From assembly GCA_037046735.1 (NCBI GenBank), contig JBAOHC010000027.1, positions 268,307-332,306 on the forward strand: a stretch of DNA of 64,000 nucleotides, read 5' to 3'. A model generated the notes under the pieces. The model ran no database searches. It was not told the origin of the DNA and saw nothing but the letters and a program-made list of their open reading frames with translations. This document shows, piece after piece, positions 27,594 through 40,460 of this stretch. Origin of the DNA: Candidatus Nanopelagicales bacterium (GTDB taxonomy: Bacteria > Actinomycetota > Actinomycetes > S36-B12 > UBA10799). A program made the translations under genes and the position numbers. Position 1 is the stretch's first letter; every line of letters begins with the position of its first letter.

Positions 27594-30407
27594 AACCCAC
27601 GGCAGCACCACCTGTCCATAGACAGCGCTGAACTGCATGTCGCTGTGACCCTGGGCCTTCTTCGCCGGTGGATCCTGTTCGCTGACGTACCGGTCCACCC
27701 GGCTCGACTGGTCAGCGAACACCCGGAACCCGATCGGGTCGGTTCTGCGGAAGAGGTTGACCCAATTCGGCAGCCCACCGGCAACCTCCAGCAGCTCGGC
27801 AAGAGTGTTTGCTCGCGGTGCGGGTGGTGCGGGTGGTGGACCGGGGATTCCTGCGTCAGGAGCGTCTGGCCAGGCCCGGCTCAGCGGCGGCGCACCGACA
27901 GTCGGCGTGCCACCAAGTACCTGTGGGCCGAGCACTGCCGGGAAGACCCGGCCGTACAACGTCCGCAGCTGCGAGCCGTACGTCACGAAGCGGACGCTGT
28001 TCAGATTCCCGGTGATCGCCGCAACCTGCGACAGGACGGCCACCCCGATCAGGGACCCTTGGCTGTGTCCGGACAGGATCACCCGCACTGCCTGCCGCTG
28101 GCTATGCACCACTTCATCGACGATCTCGGGAACCACCCGTTCGGCATAACACGGTGGTCCAAGGGGGTGCGCCACGCGAGGCCAGAAGGTTGTGAGGTCC
28201 CAGAGCACTCCCACGACTCGCCAGAAGCCGGTCGCGTTCATCAGTTTTCCCACCAGCACGATCAGGACAGCCGACATCAGCATGGCCAACCACAAACCAC
28301 CATTGACCAGGGCTGCTGCTGGGGCAGAGTCGCGCCAGGGTTGCCAGTCGGCCACCACACCCACCACCAGCAGCACTCCACATGCCGAGGTGATGACGGC
28401 GGTCACGGCCAGCAGGCGTTCGGCACGGTGGGTGAAACCAGCCAGCAGGCGGGCTCGCCCACTGCGCCGCCTTTCCGGCTCGGGAATCCCATCCGCGCCG
28501 ACCTGAGCGGCGACGGCGGACCGAGCCCTCGCTGCGAACACGACAAGACCCAAGGCGATGCCCAGCAGCGAAGCGCCCGCCCAGACGACCGTCAATCCGG
28601 AGAACCAGATCAGGACCTGCGGGACGACCACTGGCTCCTGCGGAGTATTGACGACCTCGAGTCGAACCGGGCCGTCGATCACCATCGGCCCACTGAGTTG
28701 ATTGATCCACGTATCGCGGACGTCCCCGGCCACACAGGGGACTCCCGGGTCGGTGACACAGCCCTGCACCAGCTGCAGTGGCGGGTCATCGATGAGCAGC
28801 AATCCTGCCGAGACGTCCAGGTCCGGTGTGGTCCGGACAGTCTCGCCGTCAGGGGTCGTCACCGACGAGGCGGACACGGTTCCCGCCCGCAGCACGAAGA
28901 AGTCCGGCCCGGATCGCTCCAGGATCGCGCCACGCACCACGACCTGTCCGGTGGCGAGCAGGACCGGTGCCCCCTGCTGCACCTGCGCGGCAAAGGCACC
29001 CGGGGATGATGCGAGGGTGAACCCCGACCGAAGCGCCGTCACGGGCTGACCACCGTTGAGCCAGTTGCCGAGGAATACGACCAAGGATGTCGTGAAGAGC
29101 AGGGCCACCCACACCGCGGCGCCTAGGATCAGCGCGGCCCCAGCGCCGTGCCACGCCCTGGGGACTTCAGGCGGAGAGGACCGGTTGTGTTGGAGCACCA
29201 TGCATACGACCAGCAGTCCCGCCCCGAGCGCTACAGCCACGGGCCGCGAGAAGATGCCAACCCAGGCTGTCGCAGCCAGCGCGAGCGGTACCACTAGCGC
29301 CCAGCCGGGGCGGTCAGCGGCGAACATCAGCCAGGACACGATACCTACAAGTACGAGGGCGAGTGCGCCGACCAGCAGATTGCGCCCCCGCGTCAAGCCG
29401 GGATCGTCGAAGCGTTCCGGGATGTCCGCGCGCGCCATGAGCAGGGCGTAGCAGACCAGGGCCAGGACCGCACCCCATGGCAGCGCTGCTGCCACTCTGG
29501 TCGCGAGAGTCTCATGGGTACCTGGGAAGTCGATGCCGTCGCGGTAGGAGACACCAACCGAGACAGCAGTACCCACGAGCATCGCCACCGTCACGCCGGC
29601 CAAGGCTGCCGCTGCCCACCACAACCGATCCCGCTGGGCGTACCTCAGCAGCGGCGCTAGACCAAAGACGACCACCAGCAGTAGCCCCGAGCCGATGTGC
29701 AGCCGTTGCAGAAGGGCCGTGCGATCAGTGCCGACCCACATGCGCTGGCGGCGCAGCACCCCTTCGCCACCAGGGGTGTCATAGCGCGACTCTCGCGCCT
29801 CATAGCGCGCCAAGGAATTCTTCGACAGCCACCACAGCAGGGCAAGGCAGGCCAGGGGCAGCGACGATCCGATCAGCAGGCGCATGCCGGCGGCGTCCCA
29901 GGGAGGTCTGCTCATGAATGACAGCTGGGAGGGCAGTGCGGGACAGACCGGGGCGCCGCCCCGAAAACACTGCCAGGCAATCATGTCGATCCCGATGAAA
30001 CACATGGCCGCGGTGAGCAACCATGTCATCACCAGGCAGGCCTCCCGCACAGCGACCGCGGTGGCAATTCGGGTCCGGCGCGCGGTGTCCAGTTCGGGCC
30101 GAGCCCAGTAGGACAGGTTCGCCAGCGCGAAGGGCAACAGCGTCAGCCACAGCGCTCTGCGCGCACCGCCCATGAAGCCCGAGGCGCCCGAGGTCAGACT
30201 CCCCCACGAGTAGGCGACGACCTCCACGTCGGCTGGATAGGCCACGTTCCTTGGGGATGAGCCGGGTCGGCATCTGTACAACCCCGTGATGTCGTCACCG
30301 GACACCTGTGTGACCTGGTAGTCGTGAACACCGAGCATGCTGTGCGGTGCCGTGCCCGAGACACCGTGCACACGGATCTCACGCACGCGCGGTACCGGGT
30401 CAGTCAT
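27537..30407 (-). CDS. large polytopic membrane protein with split alpha/beta-hydrolase-like motifs
   Basis: 956 aa. N-terminal IRVHGVSGT (oxyanion-hole-like HG). More than 12 hydrophobic helices. A central soluble beta-rich segment. C-terminal ILSGHSQGSLIG nucleophile elbow, then FRRTDPIG and QGHSDM. No family name recognised. Confidence 0.7.
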   Translation of the reverse strand: MTDPVPRVREIRVHGVSGTAPHSMLGVHDYQVTQVSGDDITGLYRCRPGSSPRNVAYPADVEVVAYSWGSLTSGASGFMGGARRALWLTLLPFALANLSYWARPELDTARRTRIATAVAVREACLVMTWLLTAAMCFIGIDMIAWQCFRGGAPVCPALPSQLSFMSRPPWDAAGMRLLIGSSLPLACLALLWWLSKNSLARYEARESRYDTPGGEGVLRRQRMWVGTDRTALLQRLHIGSGLLLVVVFGLAPLLRYAQRDRLWWAAAALAGVTVAMLVGTAVSVGVSYRDGIDFPGTHETLATRVAAALPWGAVLALVCYALLMARADIPERFDDPGLTRGRNLLVGALALVLVGIVSWLMFAADRPGWALVVPLALAATAWVGIFSRPVAVALGAGLLVVCMVLQHNRSSPPEVPRAWHGAGAALILGAAVWVALLFTTSLVVFLGNWLNGGQPVTALRSGFTLASSPGAFAAQVQQGAPVLLATGQVVVRGAILERSGPDFFVLRAGTVSASSVTTPDGETVRTTPDLDVSAGLLLIDDPPLQLVQGCVTDPGVPCVAGDVRDTWINQLSGPMVIDGPVRLEVVNTPQEPVVVPQVLIWFSGLTVVWAGASLLGIALGLVVFAARARSAVAAQVGADGIPEPERRRSGRARLLAGFTHRAERLLAVTAVITSACGVLLVVGVVADWQPWRDSAPAAALVNGGLWLAMLMSAVLIVLVGKLMNATGFWRVVGVLWDLTTFWPRVAHPLGPPCYAERVVPEIVDEVVHSQRQAVRVILSGHSQGSLIGVAVLSQVAAITGNLNSVRFVTYGSQLRTLYGRVFPAVLGPQVLGGTPTVGAPPLSRAWPDAPDAGIPGPPPAPPAPRANTLAELLEVAGGLPNWVNLFRRTDPIGFRVFADQSSRVDRYVSEQDPPAKKAQGHSDMQFSAVYGQVVLPWVSWENIVDGQDPHLVDGDV

Positions 30408-30633
30408 GGCTACCCCTTTGAATGTGCGTTCACCATGACAGAGGGGTCGGACAGATTGCGCCGTTTATACCGCGCGTCACGGACGCGGGAGGGCACGTGC
30501 CTCTGCAGCCGTTCGTGCGCAGTACCGCCACTCGACGTCCAGGGTCGCGACGCCGAGCGGCTGCCCGGCGAGACGGACCCCCTGGGCACGGGACGAACGT
30601 CTGGCCCGGTTTCGCCTTGGTTAGCCTGTTCCA

Positions 30634-33272
30634 GTGGCCATCCCCACCCCCGCTTCGGATCCAGTCGACGTCCTCGTCGACCACGACACGGTGTGGACGA
30701 CGGCCCACGGCCAGGGCCGCGGCACGTTGCGGGCGTTGCCGCTGGCGCACGGGGTGCAGCGGACGCGGATGTGGCAGCGTGCCATCGACGAATCCTTCGG
30801 CGCGTGGATCGCGCAGGTCGCGTCCGGTGCGGCCACAGCCCGCGTAACCGCACTGGCGCACCTCGTGACGGCCAGCATCACGGCCGCCGACGCTCGTTGC
30901 CTGCCGTTCCCCGAGGGCGATCGCTGGGCGTGGCGGGCCGCCCCCGGTCCGGTGGAAAGAGCGGCCCTGGACGAAGCACTTCAAGCATGCCGACAGGCAG
31001 GCGTGGCGACCTCCGACGAGGCACTGCAGGCGTTCTCCCAGCGGGTCGTCGAGGCCCACGTGCGTCCGGTCACCACCGAAGTGCCGCCATTGCCCACAAC
31101 GTCACAGCAGGCCGCAATCCGGCGGTGGGCGGCACACGTCACGGGCCGGGCCGCCGCGAATGCGCGGTTGGCCATCGTGCTGACCCCGCCCCGCGAGACC
31201 ACTGACCTGTGGTCACTGCATGTGCTGGCCATTGCGCTCGACGAACCCACCACCCGCCTGCCCTGGTCGACGGCCGGCCCCTCGCACTTCGCCGCCAGCG
31301 AGGCCGCCTGGGACGAGTTCCGCGAGTCGGAGTACGACGCCCTTCGGCGGGCCTGGGGCAGCGGGATCCCGACCACTCTGCAACACCTCATGCAGGGGCA
31401 GTGCGCGGTAGCCGACGAGGAGATCCTGCAGTTCCTCGACCGTGTGGCGCCGCGCGTGCAGGCGGCGGGCTTCGATGTGATCGCCCCCGGTGGGCTCCTG
31501 CGCACGTCCAGCGTACGGCGGCGCTTCACGTCCGTGAACGCACCTGGTGGCACCACCCTCTCGGTGGCCGGCCTCGGTCTTGAGGCAGACATCCAGGTCG
31601 ATGGCCTGACGCTCACGGAGGCGGAGCTGCTGGAACTGGCCGCGTCGAAGTCCGAACTCGTCGCGGTCAGCGGCCGTTGGTTGCGGATCGGGCGCGATGA
31701 CGTCGCGCGGCTGGCCGCCCTGGCACGACGGCTTCGACGCCCGGTCAGCCCGGCCGACCTACTGGCTGACGAAGCGTTCGAGGGCGTGCAGATCGCGGCC
31801 GACGACGTGCTCGCACAGGGTTTGCGCCCAGCCAGGCAGACCGACCCGCCGGCCCAGGTGCAGGCCACCCTGCGCCCGTATCAGCGCGCCGGACTGCAGT
31901 GGTTGACCTGGCTGGCCGAGAACCGGGTGGGCGGGATCCTGGCCGACGACATGGGTCTGGGAAAGACCCTGCAGGTGCTGACCTGGATCGCCGCCGATCA
32001 CGCCGGGCAGACATTGGTCGTATGCCCCGTCACCCTGGTCGACACGTGGGTGCGGCAGGCGAAACAGTTCACCCCGGAACTGCGCGTTCAGGCTTTTCAC
32101 GGTGCCGATCGGCGGGCAATGGACCCGGACGCCGACGTGGTGGTCACCACCTACGGCCTGCTGGCCCGTGATCAGCGCCTCAAGGACGTGTCCTGGCACC
32201 GCGTGGTGCTGGACGAGGCGCAGGCGATCAAGAACCCGGACACCCACGCCGCTCGCGCCGCCCGGGCGCTGACGGCTACACACCGACTGGTCGTCACCGG
32301 CACGCCCGTCGAGAACCATCTCGGTGATCTGTGGTCCCTGCTGGCCTTCGCCCAGCCCGGACTGCTACCTCGCCGCAAGGTGTTCACGGACCGGTACGCC
32401 CAAGGCGATGAGCAGGCGATGTCTCGACTGCGTGCCGTCGTGGCGCCGTTCCTCCTGCGCCGGGTGAAGACCGATCCCGGCATCCTGCCCGACCTGCCGG
32501 ACCGCGAGGTCATTCGCGACGACTGCACGCTGACACGCGAACAGGTCGGTGCTTACGAGGCGGTGGTGACCGACATGCTGGGCGCGCTGGAGGATTTACG
32601 GGCTGCGGCGGGTAGCGCCAGTGACCCGCGACTGCGCCGGCGGGCCGCGGTGCTGGGTGGCATCACACGCCTCAAGCAGATCTGTGTGCACCCGGCACTG
32701 CTCACTGAATCGCGGGGCGCGCTGGGCAGCGCTCCGGCAAGGTCACACGCTTGGTGGAACTGTGCGGGCAGATCGTCGATGAGGGGCAGGCGGTCGTGGT
32801 GTTCAGCCAATTCGCCTCGTTCGTTCCTGACCTGGCCGCCCACTTGAGTCATGAACTGGGTGTTGAGGTGGCCACCCTGACCGGTTCTGACTCCCGCACG
32901 GCGCGGGCCCGCACTGTGGCGGCCTTCAGCGAGCCGGACGGCCCGCCCATCCTGATCGCCTCCCTGAAGGCAGGCGGGACCGGGCTGACGCTGGTGCGGG
33001 CCAACCACGTGATTCATCTTGATCGCTGGTGGAACCCGGCCGTGGAGGACCAGGCCTCGGACCGGGTGTGGCGCATCGGGCAGAACCAGAAGGTCTCGGT
33101 CCATGTCCTGGTGTGCCCGGGCACACTCGAGGATCGCATCGACACCGCTCTGCGCGCGAAGCGTCAGTTGGCCGCGAGTGTCATCCGCTCCACGGAAACC
33201 TCCGTGACCGAACTGACTGATGCGGAACTCACCGAACTGGTGGGCCTCGTGCGCGATGAGGTCCTGCAGTGA
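30634..33272 (+). CDS. SNF2 family helicase (HelZ-like), interrupted by a 1-nt frame change near 32728-32736
   Basis: ILADDMGLGKTLQ, DEAQAIKNPDT. The C-terminal helicase domain is in ORF 32751..33272 (SLKAGGTGLTL, DRWWNPAVEDQASDRVWRIGQ). The frames join as ...GALGS/SGKVTRLVELCGQ. Confidence 0.85.
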
Positions 33273-33844
33273 GTCCCGACCGCGAGCGGGGTTGGTTCCA
33301 GGCCAAACCCCGCATCGCTGTGGAGGGCGGGGTCGTGGTGCCGAAACCGGGCAAGGTCGACGATCCAGACGCCCTGGATCTGATTCACGCCGCCGAGATG
33401 GAGGGCCGGCCGCCGATCCTGAGTCGGGGCCGCACCTACGCCCGGCAGGGTCAGGTCATCGGGGTGGAGATCGGCGCCGAACAGTTCACGGCCAGCATTC
33501 AGGGCTCGGCGCGCCAGCCGTACGAGGTCCGGTTGACCAAGACGATGATCTCGGGCAGCGACCGGATTCATGCCAGTTGCACGTGTCCATATACGTGTGA
33601 CTACGACTGGTGCAAGCATGCCGCGGCCCTGGCGTACGTCGCCGCCTTTCTGGTCGATGCGCAACCGGCCACCCGAGCGCTGTGGGCCGGCGAGGAGCCG
33701 CCGCGCGAGGTAGAACCGCTGCAAGCGGCCGATCTTGAGGTCCTTCGTAAGGTGGCCGAATCCGCGACGTTCGCCCAGCGAGTGGCCGGGGCCGACCTGA
33801 TCGTTCCTTGGCCGGGGCCGGAATTGGGCGGACCGGGCGCCTAG
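33269..33844 (+). CDS. SWIM zinc finger protein
   Basis: CTCPYTCDYDWCKHAAAL (CxCxnCxH). The GTGA start/stop overlap with the SNF2 gene suggests translational coupling. Confidence 0.8.
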   Translation: MSPDRERGWFQAKPRIAVEGGVVVPKPGKVDDPDALDLIHAAEMEGRPPILSRGRTYARQGQVIGVEIGAEQFTASIQGSARQPYEVRLTKTMISGSDRIHASCTCPYTCDYDWCKHAAALAYVAAFLVDAQPATRALWAGEEPPREVEPLQAADLEVLRKVAESATFAQRVAGADLIVPWPGPELGGPGA

Positions 33845-34268
33845 GGCGTGTCTGACGGCGCCAATCTGTCGGGTTGCTGGAGGCACGGCGCCGCCGACCG
33901 CGTTTCTGGCGGGCTGTGCTGGTCGCTGCGTGGCGGGTGAGCGATTCCTCGCCGCGCAGCGCTCTCGTGGGGGAGTACCTTGCACTCGTTCCTTCTCGAT
34001 CTGACGAGGGTGTATTTGTCACCTGGACCCCCACTGACTTTCCGTCCGCCCCACTGACAGCTTCAAGACCCGCCACGGTTGTACCGCGAGACGCGAGCGA
34101 ACGACCCGGAGCAGTCCGCGCGAACCACCCCAGCCCATCGGCCACACCACGGCTCCGTCGGACGGACCAGCCCAGAACGCCCTAGGCGATGGCCGGCTCC
34201 GGTTGCGCAAACGTAATGCTGAGCAGATTCCCCCCACTGAAGCCGGTCCATCGGGGTACGTTCGAGAT

Positions 34269-36936
<2,668 letters not shown>

Positions 36937-36995
36937 CTAGTGGCGGGCTTGCGGCCGGCCTCCGCTGCCCAACGCGAGGGCATGGCGGGTGCCAA

Positions 36996-37325
36996 GTGGC
37001 GGTTCTCGGTGGCACACTGCCGTGCATGGCCTCGCGTTCCTACCAACCGCCAGCATCGTTCGTGGCGCCCGATGGGCAGTGGCCGACAGGTCCCTTCATC
37101 CCCGGCTCGCCCACTTACGCCATTGTGACGGCCGCAGTGGTCGAACGGCTGCAGTCAGTGATGGCAGATCGCGTGCTGTCACTGCGCGCTGTCGCTGGCC
37201 CGGCGGGGATCGATCCCACCAGCCTGTCTCGGCTGATCACGGGCAAGGTGGTACCCGACTTGGCCACCATCGCCAATCTCGAACAGTCCCTTGACGTGGA
37301 TCTGTGGCCGGGGCGCGTGCGATGA
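36996..37325 (+). CDS. XRE-type helix-turn-helix transcriptional regulator
   Basis: VVERLQSVMADRVLSLRAVAGPAGIDPTSLSRLITGKVVPDLATIANLEQSL fits an HTH_XRE domain. Start uncertain (36996, 37026 or GTG 37125). Confidence 0.55.
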   Translation: MAVLGGTLPCMASRSYQPPASFVAPDGQWPTGPFIPGSPTYAIVTAAVVERLQSVMADRVLSLRAVAGPAGIDPTSLSRLITGKVVPDLATIANLEQSLDVDLWPGRVR

Positions 37326-37378
37326 CGCGAGCCACGGCACCGGTGTAACACTGAGAGGCCATCCGGGAATGAAGAGGT

Positions 37379-37912
37379 GTGATGGCCGAACTCGCACGTG
37401 ATACCACCTGGTTCGAGGCGATGTACCGGCGCAACGCGGCGCCCATCCTGGCGTACACCCAGCGCCGGCTGCCGACACCGCAGGACTGCGAGGATGTCCT
37501 GCTCGACGTGTTCGCCACAGCCTGGCGCCGTCGTCACGACATGCCTGCCGACGAACTCCCCTGGCTGTACGCCACAGCCGCCAACGTCATCGCCCACGCC
37601 GCGCGCTCGTCAGCCCGCCGCACACGGCTGGATGCGAAACTCGCGACCTACGAACCCGTCGTGACCCCGGACACAGATGAGCAGACAATCGGCGCCCTGG
37701 ATGCGCGGACTGCTTTGGCCCAGGCACTGCAGACACTGTCCGACCCTGACCGGGAAGTCCTGCAGTTGTGGGCCTGGGAAGGTCTGGACGGCAACGAGCT
37801 GGCGACGGCCCTCGGCGTGAACACTGGCGCCGCCCGTACTCGACTGCACCGCGCCAAGACCAGGCTAAGGACAGCAATGACGACCACCTCGACCCAAGGA
37901 GGGACCGGATGA
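37379..37912 (+). CDS. ECF-type RNA polymerase sigma factor
   Basis: Region 2 (DVLLDVFATAWRR, WLYATAANV) and region 4 (REVLQLWAWEGLDGNELATALGVNTGAARTRLHRAK). Confidence 0.85.
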   Translation: MMAELARDTTWFEAMYRRNAAPILAYTQRRLPTPQDCEDVLLDVFATAWRRRHDMPADELPWLYATAANVIAHAARSSARRTRLDAKLATYEPVVTPDTDEQTIGALDARTALAQALQTLSDPDREVLQLWAWEGLDGNELATALGVNTGAARTRLHRAKTRLRTAMTTTSTQGGTG

Positions 37913-38922
37913 ACACCGACTTCCACGACGAGGATCTGCGCTCGGCGCTGCGCCACCTCGAGCCCCCCACCGCCCCTGACGAAGCGATGCTGCAGCGGGT
38001 ATGGGACGATCTGCCGCTGGCGGCCGATCCGGCCCCGCGTCGGCGCAGGTGGTGGGATCTCGCGCTGGCTGCCTGTGCGGGGGCCGCCCTGCTCGCCGGC
38101 ACGGTGACCGTGGCTCAGATCGCCGGTGGAAGCGGCAGCGATTCCGGTGTCATGACGTCACAAGAGGCGATGGCGCCGGGACTGGCTGACGCACCGACGT
38201 CCGAGATGGCCGAGCCGGCACCTTCGGCTGATCCGGCGTCGACCGTGGCTCGCGATGCGAGTGCGGTCATCGCCACCGAGGATGTCCAGGCTGCGCGCGA
38301 CGAGTTCGTCTCCGCGATCACCGGTCTGGACGGTCGTGTGACCAGCGAAACTGTCACCACCGACGGCAGCCCCGTGACCTCCCCCACTTCCGACGTGGCC
38401 TATCCCATCGGGGGGCGCACCCCAGGGGTCAGCTTGTCGGTGGAGGTGCCAGCCGCAGCCTACGACCAGGCCATCTCGGCGATCGAACCGCTGGGTGACA
38501 TCGTGACCTTCTCGCAGTCGTCGGTGGACACAGGCACCCAGCTGGCTGACGGAGCGGCCAGGATCTCGGCCCTGCGCGCCTCCGTGGCCCGGCTGCAGAC
38601 ACTGCTGGACGAGGCCGATTCGGTGGGCAGCGTGATCGCCGTGGAGGAGGCGATCGCAGCGCGGCAGTCCGAACTCGACGGCCTGGTCGCCCAACAGCGC
38701 TACCTGCAGAGCCAGGTCTCCCAGGCCAGAATCTCGGTAGAACTGCTCACCCCAGCGGATGCGGCCGCCCTGTACAACATGGAACCGTCCGGCTGGCAGC
38801 GGTTCCTCGAGGTGTTGGCGAACACCTGGTTGTGGCTCGGCCGGGCGTTGCTGTGGACCAGTCCGCTGTGGATGGCCGGTCTGCTCTGGATGGTCTGGCG
38901 GCGCCACACTCGCAAGGCGTGA
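37909..38922 (+). CDS. DUF4349 domain membrane protein (putative cognate anti-sigma/partner)
   Basis: ATGA overlap with the sigma gene. One TM after an N-terminal cytoplasmic segment. DUF4349-like coiled region (ISALRASVARLQTLLDEADSV...LQSQVSQARISVEL) and C-terminal TMs. Confidence 0.7.
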   Translation: MNTDFHDEDLRSALRHLEPPTAPDEAMLQRVWDDLPLAADPAPRRRRWWDLALAACAGAALLAGTVTVAQIAGGSGSDSGVMTSQEAMAPGLADAPTSEMAEPAPSADPASTVARDASAVIATEDVQAARDEFVSAITGLDGRVTSETVTTDGSPVTSPTSDVAYPIGGRTPGVSLSVEVPAAAYDQAISAIEPLGDIVTFSQSSVDTGTQLADGAARISALRASVARLQTLLDEADSVGSVIAVEEAIAARQSELDGLVAQQRYLQSQVSQARISVELLTPADAAALYNMEPSGWQRFLEVLANTWLWLGRALLWTSPLWMAGLLWMVWRRHTRKA

Positions 38923-38993
38923 GACCCAGCCTGGGAATACCACCCTAGGGTATACATGTTGGGGCGGATGACCGCCCAGCCACAGGAGTCCCG

Positions 38994-39590
38994 ATGACCA
39001 CACCCAGCACGTCGGCAGCCATGGTGGCCAAGAGGCACTACCGTCTGCGCGAGATCTACCGCATCACTGAACGTGCAGCTGCCACGCTGATCGCAACCCG
39101 CCACCTGGAATGCGACAAGCGCGCGATGGAACGTGTGATGCTCGCCGTCACGCAGATCAATGGTTGTGCCGTCTGCTCATACGCACATACCCGATTCGCC
39201 CTGGCCATGGGCATGCCCGCCCACGAGGTGCGCGCTCTGCTCGGTGGTGTCACCGATGCGGCGCCCAGCGACGAACTCGCCGGGATCGCCTTCGGCCAGC
39301 ACTATGCCGATCAGCGGGGCGCGCCCGATCCTGCTGCGTGGCAGGATCTTGTGGATCACCACGGGACGCGGCGGGCGCTGTGTGTACTGCGTGCCACCCG
39401 CTCCATAATGTGGGGCAACGCCACCGGGATCCCTGTGACTTCACTGCGGTCGCGGATCGCTGGCCAGCCAGATCCTGGTAGTTCGTTGACGTATGAGATC
39501 GTCACCGTTGTGGGGTCCATGCTGATGTTGCCAGTCGCGGTGGGTCATGCCCTGGCCTCACACTGGCGCGGCCGACCAGTGACGCCTTGA
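38994..39590 (+). CDS. carboxymuconolactone decarboxylase (AhpD-like) family protein
   Basis: INGCAVCSYAH CxxC core motif. 198 aa. Confidence 0.75.
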   Translation: MTTPSTSAAMVAKRHYRLREIYRITERAAATLIATRHLECDKRAMERVMLAVTQINGCAVCSYAHTRFALAMGMPAHEVRALLGGVTDAAPSDELAGIAFGQHYADQRGAPDPAAWQDLVDHHGTRRALCVLRATRSIMWGNATGIPVTSLRSRIAGQPDPGSSLTYEIVTVVGSMLMLPVAVGHALASHWRGRPVTP

Positions 39591-39591
39591 C

Positions 39592-40281
39592 TTACCAGAG
39601 TGGCGTTTTGTCCGCCTCAATCGCGGCGTCAAGGGTCTCGAGTAACTGCTTGCGCACCTTGAGCTTCGTCGCAGCATGGGCCTTCATGGTGAGCTTCTGG
39701 AAGGCGACGGCACGCTCGCGAGCCGTCGCCATGACCGCGTCGGCGTCGACCACCTCGTCGAGGAAGCCCGCTCGTCGTGCGCCGTGGGGATCGAACATCT
39801 CGGCATTGATCACGCAGCGATTGAAATACGAGGTCTGCAGCCGAGCTCGCGCCAACTCGATGCCGACGTGGTGCATGGTCATGCCGATCTGCACCTCATT
39901 GAGGCCGATCTGGAACGCACCGTCGGCGCCCACCCGATAGTCCGCCGACAACAGCAGGAACGCACCCTTGGCCACGGCGTGCCCCGGACAGGCGACGATC
40001 ACCGGGTACGGGTGGGCCAGCATCCGGCGGGCCAGCGTGGATCCTGCGGCAACCAGGTCGATCGCATTCTGGGTTCCCGAGGTCATCACCTTCAGGTCAT
40101 ACCCGGCGGAGAGGATCCCCGGGGTACCCGTGATGATCACCACGGCCTCATCGGAGACCGCCTGGTCCAGGCCGGCGTTAAGTCCGTCGATGACGGCCGG
40201 AGAGACCGCGTTGACCTTCCCGTTGTCCAGGGTCAGGGTCGCGATGCCATCCGCAAGGTCATAACTCACCAGGTCGTCCAT
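39592..40281 (-). CDS. enoyl-CoA hydratase/isomerase (crotonase) family protein
   Basis: IATLTLDNGKVNAVS, ITGTPGILSAGYDLK, CPGHAVAKGAFLLLSADYR. Start taken at ATG 40281 (MDDLVSY) because the longer track ORF has an implausible Arg-rich leader. Confidence 0.8.
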   Translation of the reverse strand: MDDLVSYDLADGIATLTLDNGKVNAVSPAVIDGLNAGLDQAVSDEAVVIITGTPGILSAGYDLKVMTSGTQNAIDLVAAGSTLARRMLAHPYPVIVACPGHAVAKGAFLLLSADYRVGADGAFQIGLNEVQIGMTMHHVGIELARARLQTSYFNRCVINAEMFDPHGARRAGFLDEVVDADAVMATARERAVAFQKLTMKAHAATKLKVRKQLLETLDAAIEADKTPLW

Positions 40282-40460
40282 GGCTGCGAGACTAGCCAGC
40301 GATGTGGTGGGCTGCGTTGAGCGGGCTGGGTCAGGGCAGTGGCACGCGCGGGTGGCGGCCAAGAGTCGCCCCGTCCGTTCAGGCCCGCCCTTTCGGAACC
40401 GGCGGGTATGAACGATTCGGGCGCACCTGCAGAATCGGGAGCGCGGCGGGCGTGTCGCCC

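Noticed and set aside
26400-33844. Assigning the AAA+/membrane protein/SNF2/SWIM cluster to a named defence system (DISARM, Zorya, Druantia, BREX-like, Hna).
   Set aside because: The required partners are absent: no methyltransferase, DUF1998, PLD nuclease, MotAB-like pair or PglZ. SNF2+SWIM is a common housekeeping-like actinobacterial pair. Only an uncharacterised-module hypothesis is retained.
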